Shown here: one piece after another, positions 30,079 to 44,136 of the stretch
How positions within the stretch are numbered: the stretch's first letter is position 1
Layout of the letters: each line of letters opens with the position of its first letter
Origin: Eledone cirrhosa
Lineage: Eukaryota
NCBI GenBank assembly: GCA_964016885.1
Contig: OZ024742.1
Location: 224,626,001-224,690,000, forward strand
Length of the DNA: 64,000 bases
Reading direction: 5' to 3'
Made by a program: the position numbers and the translations under genes
The notes under the pieces: generated by a model
Seen by the model: the letters and a program-made list of their open reading frames with translations, nothing else
The model's database searches: none
Told to the model about the DNA's origin: nothing

Positions 30079-30457
30079 GTGGATTGGCAGTATCGGTAGA
30101 GGATCGGACGCCATGCTTTGCGGCAAAGAGTTACGGTCCTTTATGATCTGAGTTCAAATCCCGCCGAGGTTAACTTTGCCTTTCATCCTTACGGGGTCGA
30201 TAAAATAAAGTACCAGTAATGTACTGGGTATTTGCAGGTCTTGTGCCAAAAGTAGAAACAATTATTTTGTAGTTCCGGTGGATTTGCAGTATTGGTAGAG
30301 AGTCGGACGCCATGCTTTCCAGCATAGTTACGTCCCTTTACGGTCTGAGTTCAAATCCTGCCGAGGTTAACTTTGCCTTTCATCCTTACGGGGCCGATAA
30401 AATAAAGTACCAGTAATGTACTGGGTTATTGCTGGTCTTGTGCCAAAAGTAGAAACA
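30079..30457 (+). mobile_element. Head-to-tail Nin-type SINE dimer
   Basis: Two copies (30079-30265, 30277-30457); ATTATTATAAG at 30069-30079 and 30458-30468. Confidence 0.85.
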
Positions 30458-30815
30458 ATTATTATAAGAGTTATTATTCAAATAAACTCCCTCGAATCAA
30501 CGGCTGAAAAACCATCACCACCATCACCTTCATCATCATGATCATCACTAGTATACCCCGCTCGATATCACTATATATCCTTTACAATAGCAGAAAGAAA
30601 TACCAACAATCTTCCACATGAATGTGAAATGTAGAAATCCTAGCTGCCTTCTCTCGCGTTCTCTCTTTTTCTCTCCGTCTTAACAATATATTAAGACATA
30701 TTTATAGAGAGAGAGACAGGGAGAAACTCACTCTCACACATAAAAATACATGCACGTGTATATGTACGTGTGTATGTTTGTATGTGTACATATACACACA
30801 CACTTATATATATAT

Positions 30816-30884
<69 letters not shown>

Positions 30885-30885
30885 T

Positions 30886-31152
30886 AAGGATTTGGAACTG
30901 CCATGAGGTCAAAGTGGTCCCGATTGTCATAGGCGCACTAGGTACTATCTCAAAGAGTTTCCAAGGATGGCCAAAGAAAATTGGTCCCGCCCCGCTTTTT
31001 GGAACACTTCAAAAGGCATGCTTGTTGGGAACAGCAAGAATCCTCTGATACGCCATGAATATCTGAGGCTGCAGGTAGTGGCGTGATATTCATTTCAACA
31101 AACTTTCCAGTTAAATAACATCAATGACTGAGACTCAAAGAACTCAAAGAAC
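30886..31152 (+). mobile_element. R4/Dong-type RLE retrotransposon 3' fragment (family B) in (AAT)n
   Basis: RIWNCHEVKVVPIVIGALGTISK...LQKACLLGTARIL plus 3'UTR; near-identical to 46780-47034; (AAT)n on both sides. Confidence 0.88.
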
Positions 31153-31200
<48 letters not shown>

Positions 31201-31207
<7 letters not shown>

Positions 31208-31425
31208 GGAAGATTTGTTATGTCTTCAATACATTTATTTAGTGACGCGCGTTTCGCTATTGATCAGCTCAAGGTTCGATCTGTATCGATCTGGCCTGAC
31301 TCTGGAATTAAAAGTTCGTCGGACCTCTGCTGTGGTAATGGCAGATCGAACCTTGAACTGATCAATAGCGAAACGCGCGTCACTAAATAAATGTATTGAA
31401 GACATACCAAATCGTTCTTTTATTA
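31201..31425. repeat. Inverted pair of hammerhead 3' halves (GAAACGCGCGTC family); also 53671-53960, 54064-54128, 54628-54693
   Basis: Arms are mutual reverse complements; CAGATCGAACCTTGA.CTGATCA...GCGAAACGCGCGTCAC is shared with 17440-17482. Confidence 0.75.
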
Positions 31426-31496
31426 TTATATTTACACTCTGCTTAGTTCTACACCTCTTTACAGATGGGAAACTCACGTACGCACGCACGCACGCA

Positions 31497-31633
<137 letters not shown>

Positions 31634-31735
31634 TGCAAGAGATGTCAACATGAATGGACCTGTTATTTTTATCTAAAGACATTTTTTCCAATTCCAACCC
31701 GCCCGTCCCCTCACTCTATCTTATTTCTCATTCTT

Positions 31736-31771
31736 TCTTCTGATGAAGGATTAGCGTCCGAAACGTTAAGA
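31736..31771 (+). ncRNA. Minimal hammerhead
   Basis: TCTT/AAGA; CTGATGA-A-GGAT-TAGC-GTCC-GAAA-CGTT. Confidence 0.68.
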
Positions 31772-32497
31772 CCCTTTTCCTGCTATATCAAGCGTTGGTC
31801 TAATATATCCCTTCCATGTACTGTACCGATTGTGTCGTTATTTCTGTTTACCTTTTACACACACGCACACATATATATATATATATATATAAATATATAT
31901 GTATACACGCACACACACACAGGTGTATATATATATATGTTTTTATTTATTTTTATGTGTATATATATGTAAACACGCACACACACACACACACGAGTAT
32001 ATATATATATGTTTTTATTTATTTTTATGTGTATTTGGTGTATACGTTCGTATGTGTGCGGTACAGGCGTTGCGTGGGTTCTGTATGTGCGTGTGTGTGT
32101 GTGTGTGTGTGTTGTTTTTTTGTGTACGTGCTTGTATTTGCATACCCATTACGAGTGTTTTCGCGTATGCTTGTGTATGTACGTATATGGATATGTGTAT
32201 GTATATATTTAATTTCAATTACCTCTGTATTTTATTTACTTTATTCTTAACTCTGAAGCCGAGAATCATTCGGTTTCCTAGTTAGAATTTTAGTCTACGA
32301 CTTCAGTTATACCATTTACGTGGTTTTGTTTTTGCGTGTAATTGTTTTCACTGCACCAAATAATGACGTATTATCTTCGTTTTTTTCCGTTCTTTGCCAG
32401 GGAACGTTTCCACGAACCAAAGTATCGTCTTCCTGTCTTCCTTCGGTTGCAACGTTTTTTGAAATATTTACTTCAGCGTTCACAGATTCACTTTTTT

Positions 32498-32548
32498 AGT
32501 TTCTGAAGATCTCATTAAGGGTGAAAGCAGCGATTCTTTGCTTAAACT
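32498..32548 (+). ncRNA. Hammerhead (degenerate paralog at 12716-12765)
   Basis: AGTTT/AAACT; CTGAAGA; U.U + CTC/GGG; GAAA 32523; AGCA/TGCT stem III; CUU triplet. Confidence 0.62.
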
Positions 32549-32721
32549 TTAATCTGTTATTTTAATATATATATATATATATATATGCAGAGGTTATATT
32601 TAATTTGTTGGGATTCAACAAGCTTAAAAAATGTTATAACTGATATAAAGCACTCAACAAGTTAGTGGAGTAAATATGCAATATATTAATAAATGGAAAC
32701 TATATTTATAAAAACCATAAT

Positions 32722-32880
32722 TATTTTATTATATATATTTCAAGGGCAACTAAGGTAGATTATGGTGCGCTTTCATCAGATAAAATACAGATTTGTTTTA
32801 TAAATTTATAAAACAAATCTGTTATCTGATGAAAGCGCACCATAATCTACCTTGGTTGCCCTTGAAATATATATAATAAA
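32722..32880. ncRNA. Divergently oriented hammerhead pair (minus 32722-32787, plus 32822-32879) in a ~250-bp palindrome
   Basis: CTGATGA-AAGCGCACCA...TGGTTGCCCTT-GAAA-TATATATA on the plus strand, with a near-identical copy on the minus strand; centre at ~32804. Confidence 0.75.
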
Positions 32881-33984
32881 ATAATTATGGTTTTATAAAT
32901 ACAGTTTCCATTTATTAATATATTGTATATATATATACAAGTGGAAGCTTAGTAAAACCGAAGCTTTGGCTGCGGCCAAGGAAAGTCAACCTACAATTAG
33001 GAATGAGTAGCAAAGCACTCAATAAGGGCCCTTAGATTAATAACATACGTTTAGATAGCTTGACAAATTGAAAATTGTGGCAGGCAAAACCCAACCATAC
33101 AATACCAAAACAACGAAAAAACTAATCAGGTTAGACAAATATATATATATATGCCTCTAAGTTTCGAATGCTTGCTGGCAGCGATGAATGCACCAAAAAT
33201 ATGTAATAGTGTTAAACTAAGTGACCACTAACAGGTGCAATCCATCTGACAGGCTTTTACACCGATATGGATCGAAATGTGGCTATGGTAGACATCACGC
33301 CACCATACACACACACCCACACATTTGTCTTAAATGCCGTTTAGTGGGATTGAACACGGGACCGTGTGACTGAAACTAATGTATCTTCTTAAGTACATGG
33401 CCAAACCACGTTTGACTGCGTCTTCGATATGCACAGATGGTGCATAAGAGGTTTGAATCCAGCTGCCGCCGACTATTATACATGGCAGGAGCCCGGCCTA
33501 AGTAATGCTGGAAGGAAGAACATGTTGCTGGGTCAAGGATCGTAAATAAACAACATCTTAAGCAATCTAGCGTAGCATTCACTGGTTATGAGTACTTACT
33601 TACCTCCTCCTGCCCTCACTGGCTGGCCCACCTCATAAAAGAAGAAAGTTGTAAAATTTAAAAGCCCAACCATGTTGATTCTCTCCAGCTGTTTCCCCCC
33701 TTTACCTTTCCCCCTTTTGAGAAGCAGCAGTCAGTCACATGCATGACACACTGTCAATTATATCTCCCCAGAAGTGACACACACTAATTTGTTTGTCATG
33801 TAAGTGATTCGTTCTTTCGACTTGTTACAAGACGTCAGTCACAACACCAATTGACTTAGACTAAACCAAAACATAAATGGATCGATTCGATCACAGGACC
33901 TTATCACATATTTTATTGACTGCGTTCAATTAAGTGACTTACTGAAGTGTAACTTTACAATTTTATTTCTGAACAATGTGAATG

Positions 33985-34440
33985 CACGTGGCTTGGTGGT
34001 TTACGTGGCTTGGTAGTTCGATTCCCGGTAGCATTTTGTGTCCTTGAACAAAAAAACAAACAAACAAACAAAAAACACTTTATTTCACGTAACTTTGATT
34101 CACTCAGCTGAAAAATAAAATCCGTTTTGTCTGTAATCCAAAGGACCAGTATTGTCACACTGTTTCACTGAATCTCACTGAGAACCACGTTAAGGGTATT
34201 TCGTGTATGTGTAATGCTCAGACACTTGTATATTGGTTTCACTGGTAGGGTGTTCTGTTTAATTGTATAACTGCGACACTCACCGGGGCAACTGACAGAT
34301 ATACAACATAAAGAGAATCAACTCAACCAGGACACGAATAGCTGCATGGTTAAGAGGTTCGCTTTGTAGCTACGTATTTTGGGGTTCAATCCCGTTGCAT
34401 GGCACCTTAAACAAGTGTCTTTTACCTTAGTCCCCGGGCG
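33985..34440 (+). mobile_element. Degenerate CORE-like tRNA SINEs (related copies at 54895-55345)
   Basis: GTTCGATTCC B box, GTGTCCTTGAACA..ACACTTTATTTCACG, CTGAGAAC.ACGTTAAGG..GGAATGCTCAGACACTTG-like segments. Confidence 0.6.
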
Positions 34441-35972
34441 AATAGGACATAATTCATATGGCTGCCCAAGCTGATGCCTAGGGGGCATGTTGAGACTAGA
34501 GACTGGTCATCTTTTCTTTTTTTTCTTTTTGCTTTAGTGGGGTAAAACATTGAAGTGCCAGTAGAAGCCTGAAATACCTGTAAAGCCTAGGGTATGGCCA
34601 AAACAATGATTGAAATTACATAGACGGAAACCTTTGAGGCATAATACAAGCAGATGGTGGGCGCCAAGATGATATGAAAAAAGCTCATGACTGGATGGTT
34701 TCTGCATGGACTAATAGACCCCACCACTAATACCACAGAGCACCCTTGGTGTTGTCTCTTATTGTGGGTGGAGAGCGAAAGACGGAAAGACTTGTAATAG
34801 AGAATAAAAACCCGCGTCAGTTGAGGATTTTCTGCCATCTTAGGGCTGACAAAAACAGAAAAAGAGAGAAAGCGACAATAGCAGTAGTAAATAAAACTTT
34901 AGGGCCATTATAATATCCATCCATCTATCTATGGAGCCTTAACTTCTTGTGAAGAAGTAGGGGCACCATCATGATATAGAAGAGATGGGTTGGGCATTTC
35001 AGGTATGGCGGTTAGCATCCATCTCCATGTCTGAATGCAGCCGATTTCTTCCAGAGAAAGAGGGAGACGGACAGTCAAAGAAGGGAAGTAAGACAGATAT
35101 ATAGAGAAAGAATCGACCATAGTACTTGATTGTGCTTTATTTATCGACCTCGAGAGGATGAAAATCAAAGTTGATCTCGGAAAATGAACTCAGGGCCCAG
35201 ACAACCGGAATAATTAATGCAAGTCATTCTCTCCGACATTCTTACAACTCTGCTAATTCATTGCTTTAATTATAAATATAGCTAACGATAAATTTGAAAT
35301 TTCCAAATCAAGATAATTTGTACTTGTTGTCAGCGAACCATTTAGTTTTTAACAAAATAACTGAACGCCAATTTTTTTTTTTTTAAGTAATTTTTCACAA
35401 ACACGGAAAAGATAAATTAATTTTCGTAAACCGAATCTATAAATCCTTCCATCAAAATATGCATTAAATAAATAAATATAAAAAATAGATAAATAAATAA
35501 AATGAAAATGAATATATCCATCTTCTATTTTATCTTAAATGTCACAACCACCACCAAGAAGAAAAAAAGAATTATCAGAAAAAATGTAAAAGAGACAAAA
35601 ATGAATGTGTTGAGCAGGTAGGTTGTAAATGGATAGTTATAAAGAATTAAAGTGAATAGAAGACATAAAACGGTATAAATGCCTTCCATGGAACACTGCC
35701 GTTTACATAACGTCTCTCTTTGAACAATAACATTTCCATACAATACTATAAAGAATAAATTCTAACTCCAAGCTCAAAACATGGATCAACTGTGGAAGCA
35801 ACAGAGCGTGCGAGTCTCTTCAAAGCTAAAAACTAGGGACATTAGCAATATTACAAGGAGTAGGGGAGCAGGGAGGAGGCTAATAATTGACTCTGAGAAA
35901 AAAACAAAAACATGAAAATATTACTACCTCATAAGGTAAATGATGTGATAGATAAAATAACCAGGAGTGAAC

Positions 35973-36080
<108 letters not shown>

Positions 36081-36110
36081 AAGAGAGAGAGAGCGAAAGA
36101 GAGAGAGATA

Positions 36111-36159
<49 letters not shown>

Positions 36160-36167
<8 letters not shown>

Positions 36168-36832
36168 ACATGGCGTGTTGCGTGGTTGCAAATGGGTTAC
36201 ATATGAATAAATTTAGTCCTTCATCAGTGATCTTCCAGCCTTCATTGGTATTTCATCGCTTTCAAGACCATATACCTCCGGTTGGTGCGAGCAACGGCTA
36301 AAGAAAGTCGTTGGGACATGTAAATAGGGGGAACGAGCGAGACAGTAAACAAACAAAGATGGTAATGCAACGAAAAGTGAGGAAGAAGGAGTCAAGTCCC
36401 TGAAATCGATGAACATAAGTTCTGTGAAATCGTAGACGAGAGAGAATAAAGACCATCCGACCTGGTCGAAATGTGAGTAAGGAAAGAATTTCGCACAGGT
36501 CAAACGGGAGGAAGTAGGAGAGGGAGCAGCAGAGAGTGAGTGAGTGAAAGTGTGAGGAAGAGGCTAACAGAGAGAGTGACTGGCAGAGGGGGTAATAGGA
36601 AGTAAGAGATACAGAGAAAGGAGAAGCAGTAAGAAAGAAACAGACGGGTCATAGCGGAGGAAAATGTATAAATATATGAAAAATATGAAAACATGGCGTG
36701 CTGCGAGGTTGCAAATGGGTTACATATGAATAAATTTAGTCCTTTATCAGTGATCTTCCAGCCTTCATTGGTATTTCATCGCTTTAAAGACCATATACCT
36801 CCGGTTGGTGCGAGCAACGGCTAAAGAAAGTC
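36160..36832 (+). repeat. ~150-bp near-identical direct repeats (36160-36310, 36685-36832) flanking a purine-rich interior
   Basis: TATGAAAACATGGCGTG...GCAACGGCTAAAGAAAGTC occurs twice. Confidence 0.85.
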
Positions 36833-37007
36833 TTTATATTAAAATAAAAACAGATACAGCTACACATTAACAGAGACTGCTTGATGGAACATAAAACATT
36901 GACATAAAAAATGAGTTCATTTATGTCCAGCAATTAATTAATTAACTGAATGATAATTAACTTTAAATTGTTATTATCATTATTATCATCATTATTATAA
37001 TTTTCCA

Positions 37008-37365
37008 ATCTGAGTTCAAATCCAGCCGAGGTTAACTTTGCCTTTCATCCTTACGAGGTTGATAAAATAAAGTACCAGTAATACACTGGGTCTTTGCTGG
37101 CCTTGTGCCAAAAGTAGAAACAATTATTATAATTATTAACTTTGCCTTTCATCCTTACAGGGTCGATAAAATAAAGCACCAGTAATGCACTGGGGAAATT
37201 GATGGCCTTGTGGCAAAGGTAGAAACATTTGCCTTTCATCCTTACGGGGTCGATAACATAAAGTACCAGTCACGCACTGAGGTCGATTTAATCGACTTTT
37301 CCCTCCCTTTAAAAAATTGCTGGCCTTATGCCTAAAGTAGAAAGAATTATTATTATTATTTTTAT
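37008..37365 (+). mobile_element. Three tandem 5'-truncated Nin-type SINE 3' halves in ATT-rich sequence
   Basis: TTTGCCTTTCATCCTTAC..GTCGATAA..GGCCTT.TG..AAAG(G)TAGAAA occurs three times, mixing short and long variants. Confidence 0.8.
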
Positions 37366-39404
37366 TATAACCTCGAACAAGGAGGCGAATTGGCAAAGTC
37401 GTTAGAGATGGATGACAGGCGGTATCTGAACTGAGAACGTGAAGATGCCACAAACATTTTGTCTGACATTCTAATGATCCATCGCACTAACAAGAACAAC
37501 ATATATCAAAACCGAATTTTCCGGCATATAAGGCATTATTTTTATCCCCAAAATTTGATGTCAAAATTCGATGATATGAATCCAATAATACGCATGTATG
37601 CATGTATGTATGTATGTATGTATGTATGTATGTATGTATGTATGTATGTATGTATGTATGTATGTATGTATGCATGTATGTATTAAGAGTCAATGGCCAT
37701 CCAAAATCACCGAGAGAGATGACCCCTTAGCCTTTGTCAAAGCAGAATTCTAGGAGAAGGAAAACTCTGATATAACACCTGCAACCCTGATGGTATCCAA
37801 TGATGTTGACTTGTTCTTCTGTTTGGTAAATATCATCTTGGTTAAGAGAGTGGGACTGGCCTTGTGCAGTGCCTTTGCTCACTATAAAAGCTTCACAGCA
37901 CAGGCATTGCTTTATATCTGGAGATCTCTCTGCACTTGTCGTCACATGGTACCATGGGCCCAGCACTATGTGTCAATAATTGTCACAAGTGTAGCTGGCT
38001 GGACTAAAAAGTCACACTTGTTCAGCGCATCGGTAAGGGTTCTCCTACATGGATATAAAGTAGTGGCTGTACTCGAAAACGAGTTGGCAGCCACCATGTA
38101 TGTATGTATGTATGTATGTATGTATGTATGTATGTATGTATGTATGTATGTATGTATGTATGTATGTATGTTTATAGATAGATACACACACACACACACA
38201 GTTGAAGAATAACAAGACACACACAGAAGTGTAAAAACATAAAGTCTTATTAGTTTCACGCTATCTGTAATTCTATAAAATGTTCACACAATGCCTTCCC
38301 TAACCCAATATTATTGTTATAATAAGATCACTTTCCAATCACAAAACCCTAGGTTCTAATCCGACATTAATTCCTGTTGATAGTTATTTCTCCAGCATTA
38401 CTCACATATATAATCCTATATCATTTGTATATACATGCTGAACTAAGGTGAATAAAACCATGTAGTTTTTATACACCAGAACATATCAACTACATCAGTA
38501 TCATGTAGTTTTATAAGCCAGAACGTATCAACTACAACATCACCTATATAAACTTTTTATTTAAACTATATTAAAGTCTGATTTTTTTTCCAATTTGAAT
38601 GATTGTCTATATATCCGGTGACCCTGGTACATATGGACTAGAACAATTAAACACATTCAATGCTATTGCCATCATTTTTGACGGCACAGGTACACTAGTT
38701 TCTTATAAAGCTTTCTGTTAGTATGAATACTGAATAGAGAAGAAAAAAACCCATTCACTAGGTTAAATTCAAAATACTTTACTATGTCTAGCTATACTAT
38801 AATACAAGTGGGGGTGTATATAAAAACCATTAATCTGGATACCTAAATATGGAATGTTACGCGGTGGGGCACTTATTAAAATATCCTTCTTATCATAAAA
38901 TAATAACTTCCATGTGTCAGTAATCAATATAAACTGTAGGGTTTCTCTTATGCAAACTATTAATTTTTTAAAACGCAAGTTTCTCAGTTTGTACGTTCAT
39001 ATATCTGGCAATGTTGATATGTACGTCAAACCAATTCTGGACTCCAAAAGTTAGATGTCCAACACCATTGCCGTCATTATTGAAGGCGCGGGTCTATTAG
39101 TAAGATCATTCTAACATTCGTACAAAGCCAATAATTTGAGGGAAGGGGAAATCGATTATATCGATCCAGTACTTAACTGGTACATTATTTTATTGACCAA
39201 GGAAGATGAAAGACAATGTTGACCGTGGCGGGATTTGAACTCAGAATGTAGAAGGGCGCAACTAAAGTATTTTGTCTGACACTCAACTGATAATCCCAAT
39301 CAACTTCCCTGTCACTAGTACAAAAATGATAATATACTATACACAAACCATGTATATATAGAGAGCTGAAAATTAAGTTATTTTTCTTGAATTTCTTCTT
39401 GAAA

Positions 39405-39437
39405 ATAAGGCTGTCTTATATTCCGAGAAATAAGGTA
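39405..39437 (-). mobile_element. Possible solo pogo/Tc1-mariner-type TIR
   Basis: Minus strand TA-CCTTATTTCTCGGAATATAAGAC resembles CCGTATTT.TCGGA.TATAAGAC termini; no partner TIR seen. Confidence 0.3.
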
Positions 39438-39796
39438 AGTGATATATGCAAACAAACCAGACTACTTCTGAAGAAAATTGATAAGAATAGGTGTGGGGAC
39501 ATGTCGGTGAAGACAAAGGAAATGTGGAGAAAGCTACTCTGATAACACAATGGTAGATAAAAAACATTAAAATGGTGGAGATTGGTTGATATCTCAGAGA
39601 TTCAAGACTGAAAACAAGGTTGAGAAAACTGGCAAAGATGGGAAAACATCGTACACTATTCGATAAAAAAAAAAAATACTATTGTGCCGTTTGTATGTGG
39701 TGGTGTGGTGTGAGTGAGTGTGGATGAGTAAGTGTGTGTACGTGTGAGCATGTGCCTGTCACTTATAACGTACAAACAACAACAACAATAATAATA

Positions 39797-39830
<34 letters not shown>

Positions 39831-40147
39831 CATACCTATATATACATACCTATATATACATACCGATATATAAACACACATACAACACACACACACACAC
39901 ACACCACACACACACCCATCCATATATATATGTATATGTATATATATATATGCATGTATGTATGTAGATATATATAATATCTACGTCAGTAATTCATATA
40001 TAATATTTTTTCTATACGTATCCACAAATTACTTTCAAAAACAACAACAACAATCACAAAACATTAAAGAATAAGAAAAACATCGAACAAACAAACATGT
40101 ATATTTATCCATTATATAAGATATCCAGCTCACTCCTCTCTCTGTTT

Positions 40148-40184
<37 letters not shown>

Positions 40185-40355
40185 CACACACAAATACTCA
40201 CACACACACACACGCGCGCGCGCGCGCGCTGACACACACACACACATAGACACATATATATAATATATATGACGGTGGAATAAATAAATAAATATATACA
40301 TATATACACAGAAAGACAAAAATCGTAAACAAATCTCTCTCTATATATATGTATA

Positions 40356-40413
<58 letters not shown>

Positions 40414-40490
40414 TATATATATATATATATATATAGTGTTATACTTGGGGAGGGTCATATTGTTGTAATACTATTGCAAGAAATAATAAC

Positions 40491-40664
40491 TGTTTCTACT
40501 TTAGGCACAAGGCCAGCAATTACCCAGTGCATTACTGGTACTTTATTTTATCGACCCCGTAAGGATGAAAGGCAAAGTCAACCTCGGCGGGATTTGAACT
40601 CAGATCGTAAAGGGACGTAACTATGCTGGAAAGCATGGCGTCCGACCCCCTACCGATACTGCCA
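40491..40664 (-). mobile_element. Nin-type SINE inserted into a Penelope 3'-tail fragment (40438-40718)
   Basis: AATAAC is duplicated at 40485-40490 and 40665-40670; the uninterrupted host sequence is at 61654-61760. Confidence 0.85.
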
Positions 40665-40723
40665 AATAACGGAACACACTCATTGTTTGGTTGGTTTTCG
40701 CTTCTGTATCTTTTATATATATG

Positions 40724-40754
<31 letters not shown>

Positions 40755-40801
40755 ATATATGTATATATATATATGTATGTATGTGTGTGTGTGTATATAT
40801 G

Positions 40802-40923
<122 letters not shown>

Positions 40924-41571
40924 AGATGTATATCTATCTATCTCTCCCTCACATTCTATCTCCCCCATTTTCTCTCTCCTCATTCTCTCTCTCCCTCTCT
41001 CTCTCTTTCTCTCGAACGACGATTTATCAATCAGTTGAAGAAACAGCTGGTTAGAGGCTAGAGGCAAGTGAAATGCATTCCATCTTAAAACGAACAGTTA
41101 AGATAGTCTCGTCATTTTAAACTGTAGATTATTAATTTATTAAATTTTTAATAAATGGCCGCATCTTTGCACACTAGCTTGTCAATTTTCACGGGCATCT
41201 CCACAAAGATAGACATATCAGCTAGCTTATATTTTATAAAATGGTCGCATCATTTTACGCAGTGGTTGAACAATATTTCGTGAGCCTTTTTATAGAGACA
41301 GACATACCAGATAGCTTCCAGTCGGGGGAAAATGGCTACGTCATTGCAAACAGTAGCATATGAGTTTTTACTTAACACTTAGTAACAAAAAGCATATATC
41401 AGCCATGTGAATAATATGGCCCCGGTCGTTCCTTTCAAGATGATACGCAATAGGATTGAACCCCAAAAAATCCACGTAGCAGCAAAGCGAACGACTTTAT
41501 CATATAGCTATGTCTGCGCTCGTTTGATTCGATTCCGTGTATTTCCCAAGAGATGTATGTGTGAGTGTGTG

Positions 41572-41602
<31 letters not shown>

Positions 41603-41947
41603 ACATGCACGGGCGCACGTATGTGTATGTGTGTGCGCATGTGTGTGCATACATGTGTATGTGCGCGTGTGCGTATGTGTTGTATACCCGTTGTTTCTGG
41701 CGACGAGTTTTCCAGTTGTGAAATCAACAGAATAGCTTGCACAAAAGATTAACATGGATGTAGCTGAACTTCCCTTGTACGTTCAATGTCGTAAGTCGGA
41801 CACCTTAACCACTAAGCTGCGCGCCTTCACACGAAAGTAAGACATCAGCTAACAGATAGGAAGTGTATTTTGAAGTAGGTGGCATGGATTTACCTTTGCC
41901 CCATCGATTAACCTACGCAATCTTAATCTTTACCGCTTAGCTAAATC

Positions 41948-42000
<53 letters not shown>

Positions 42001-42425
42001 AAAATGTTTGACCCCGACGGCAAATTTGAACACTATCAACATATTACATCCGCCATAAATTTTAATACATTAACACATTTGCTTGCCATGCAGTATTTAT
42101 TTATTTATCTATATATGGATAATACCTTTGCTTATATATATGACTAACGCATGTGCACTTTCTACACGCTTGCATATGTACTGCTAATGTACTCATTCTT
42201 TCTCAATGCCTCTTTAATTATTAGACTATTCTCTTGTATTATCTGTCGCATGTATTCCACTCTGTACTTTTAATTTTAATTTGAATTTTTGTACAATTCT
42301 CGTAAAATATGTCACATCCATTCCACCCAGTAAATACGAAACTGTTGCTCACAACATCAATATATATGTATCTATATGATTGTTCAGTTGAATAGGACGT
42401 TAATTATATGTACAAACATTGATAA

Positions 42426-42472
42426 TGCTCTGATGATTCCAAACGAAAGTTTGGAAGAAACGATTGTCAGCA
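42426..42472 (+). ncRNA. Hammerhead with GNRA-capped 8-bp stem II
   Basis: TGCT/AGCA; CTGATGA; TTCCAAAC-GAAA-GTTTGGAA; GAAA 42457; ACGATTGT; GUC cleavage after 42468. Confidence 0.82.
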
Positions 42473-42506
42473 ATTAAATGATTTGAACATAACTTTGATA
42501 ATTGTG

Positions 42507-42547
<41 letters not shown>

Positions 42548-42695
42548 GGTTTGTTGGTTCACCACTGGATGGAATTGGTCATTCCGTATGGTCAATCTTG
42601 ATGTAATATTATGGAGAGTACTCAACGTAGTGGCGTCCTCTCTGTCGCTGATTTTCGGACCCATGGATTTTATATATTCCTTTGCTATATTTCGA

Positions 42696-42753
42696 ATACC
42701 TGATGATATCACCGGATTCATACGGAACCCGGTCATTGAAATGATCATAGTAT
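42696..42753 (+). ncRNA. Hammerhead identical to 25133-25190
   Basis: ATAC-CTGATGA-TATCACCGG...CCGGTCATT-GAAA-TGATCATA-GTAT. Confidence 0.82.
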
Positions 42754-42814
42754 AATAAACTTTTCAAGGATTTACACCAGTCCAGCCTCCTGTTATTTTA
42801 TTTATAATAATTAT

Positions 42815-42998
42815 TGGATTGGCAGTATCGGTAGAGGGTCGGACGCCATGCTTTCCAGCATAGTTACGTCCCTTTACGATCTGAGTTCAAATCCCGCCGA
42901 GGTTGACTTTGCCTTTCATCCTTACGGGGTCGATAAAATAAAGTACCAGTAAAGCACTGGGTAATTGCTGGCCTTGTGCCTAAAGTAGAAACAATTAT
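42815..42998 (+). mobile_element. Nin-type SINE
   Basis: Matches the family consensus; preceded and followed by AATTAT. Confidence 0.88.
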
Positions 42999-43013
42999 AT
43001 ATATATATATATA

Positions 43014-43360
<347 letters not shown>

Positions 43361-44100
43361 GCCAACATAATAAAAAATGGGTGCAGCCCATTATGCCGTG
43401 TATGCAAAAAACAACCAGAGACCATTGACCATATAATTTCAATGTGCAGTCCTATAGCTCCAACGGAATACCTAAACAGGCATGACAGAGCTGCACAATA
43501 CATACATTGGATAATGTGTAAGCATTTTGACCTGCCCCATCAAAAGAATTGGTGGGAGCATCAACCACCTCCCATACTTGAAAAAGATCACATCTCAATC
43601 TTGTGGAACTTTAGCATCCAAACAGACCGAAAAATAGATGCAAATAGACCTGATATAATATTGAAGGACTTTCAAAGGAGGGTATGCCTGCTAATTGATA
43701 TGTCTGTTCCAATAGACAAGAATGTATCTATAAAAACATTTGAAAAATTGAGCAAGTATAAGGACCTGGAGATAGAAATTGGAAAAATGTGGAAATTGAG
43801 AACTAAAACAATACCAGTGGTTGTAGGCGCTCTGGGAATGATACCTAAGGGGTCTAACGACTACTTATCGCAAATCCCAGGAAACCCGCGTATAGGAGAA
43901 ATACAAAAGATAGTACTAATGGGAACTGCCCATATACTAAGGAAGATCCTGTCAATATAAGTACATCACAAGTCTAAACACTAAGGATGCATGTGTGAAT
44001 ATGTGTGTTCTTTCTTGAACATGGCGGACCTTGTTGTCTCTTGAGGTCACTGGTTGTGACTTGGTGATAACTCGTATAAACATAAAGCAAGATAAATGCA
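43361..44100 (+). mobile_element. R4/Dong-type RLE retrotransposon, family A, 5'-truncated
   Basis: CCHC finger CRVCKKQPETIDHIISMC, RHD, and RPDIIL..LIDMSVP...K..KY..L RLE motifs; stop at 43960; (AAT)n on both sides. Confidence 0.9.

Positions 44101-44136
<36 letters not shown>

Noticed and set aside
36205-36260. Minus-strand CTGATGAAGG in the direct repeat
   Set aside because: No correctly placed GAAA or helices, and the second copy lacks the core.
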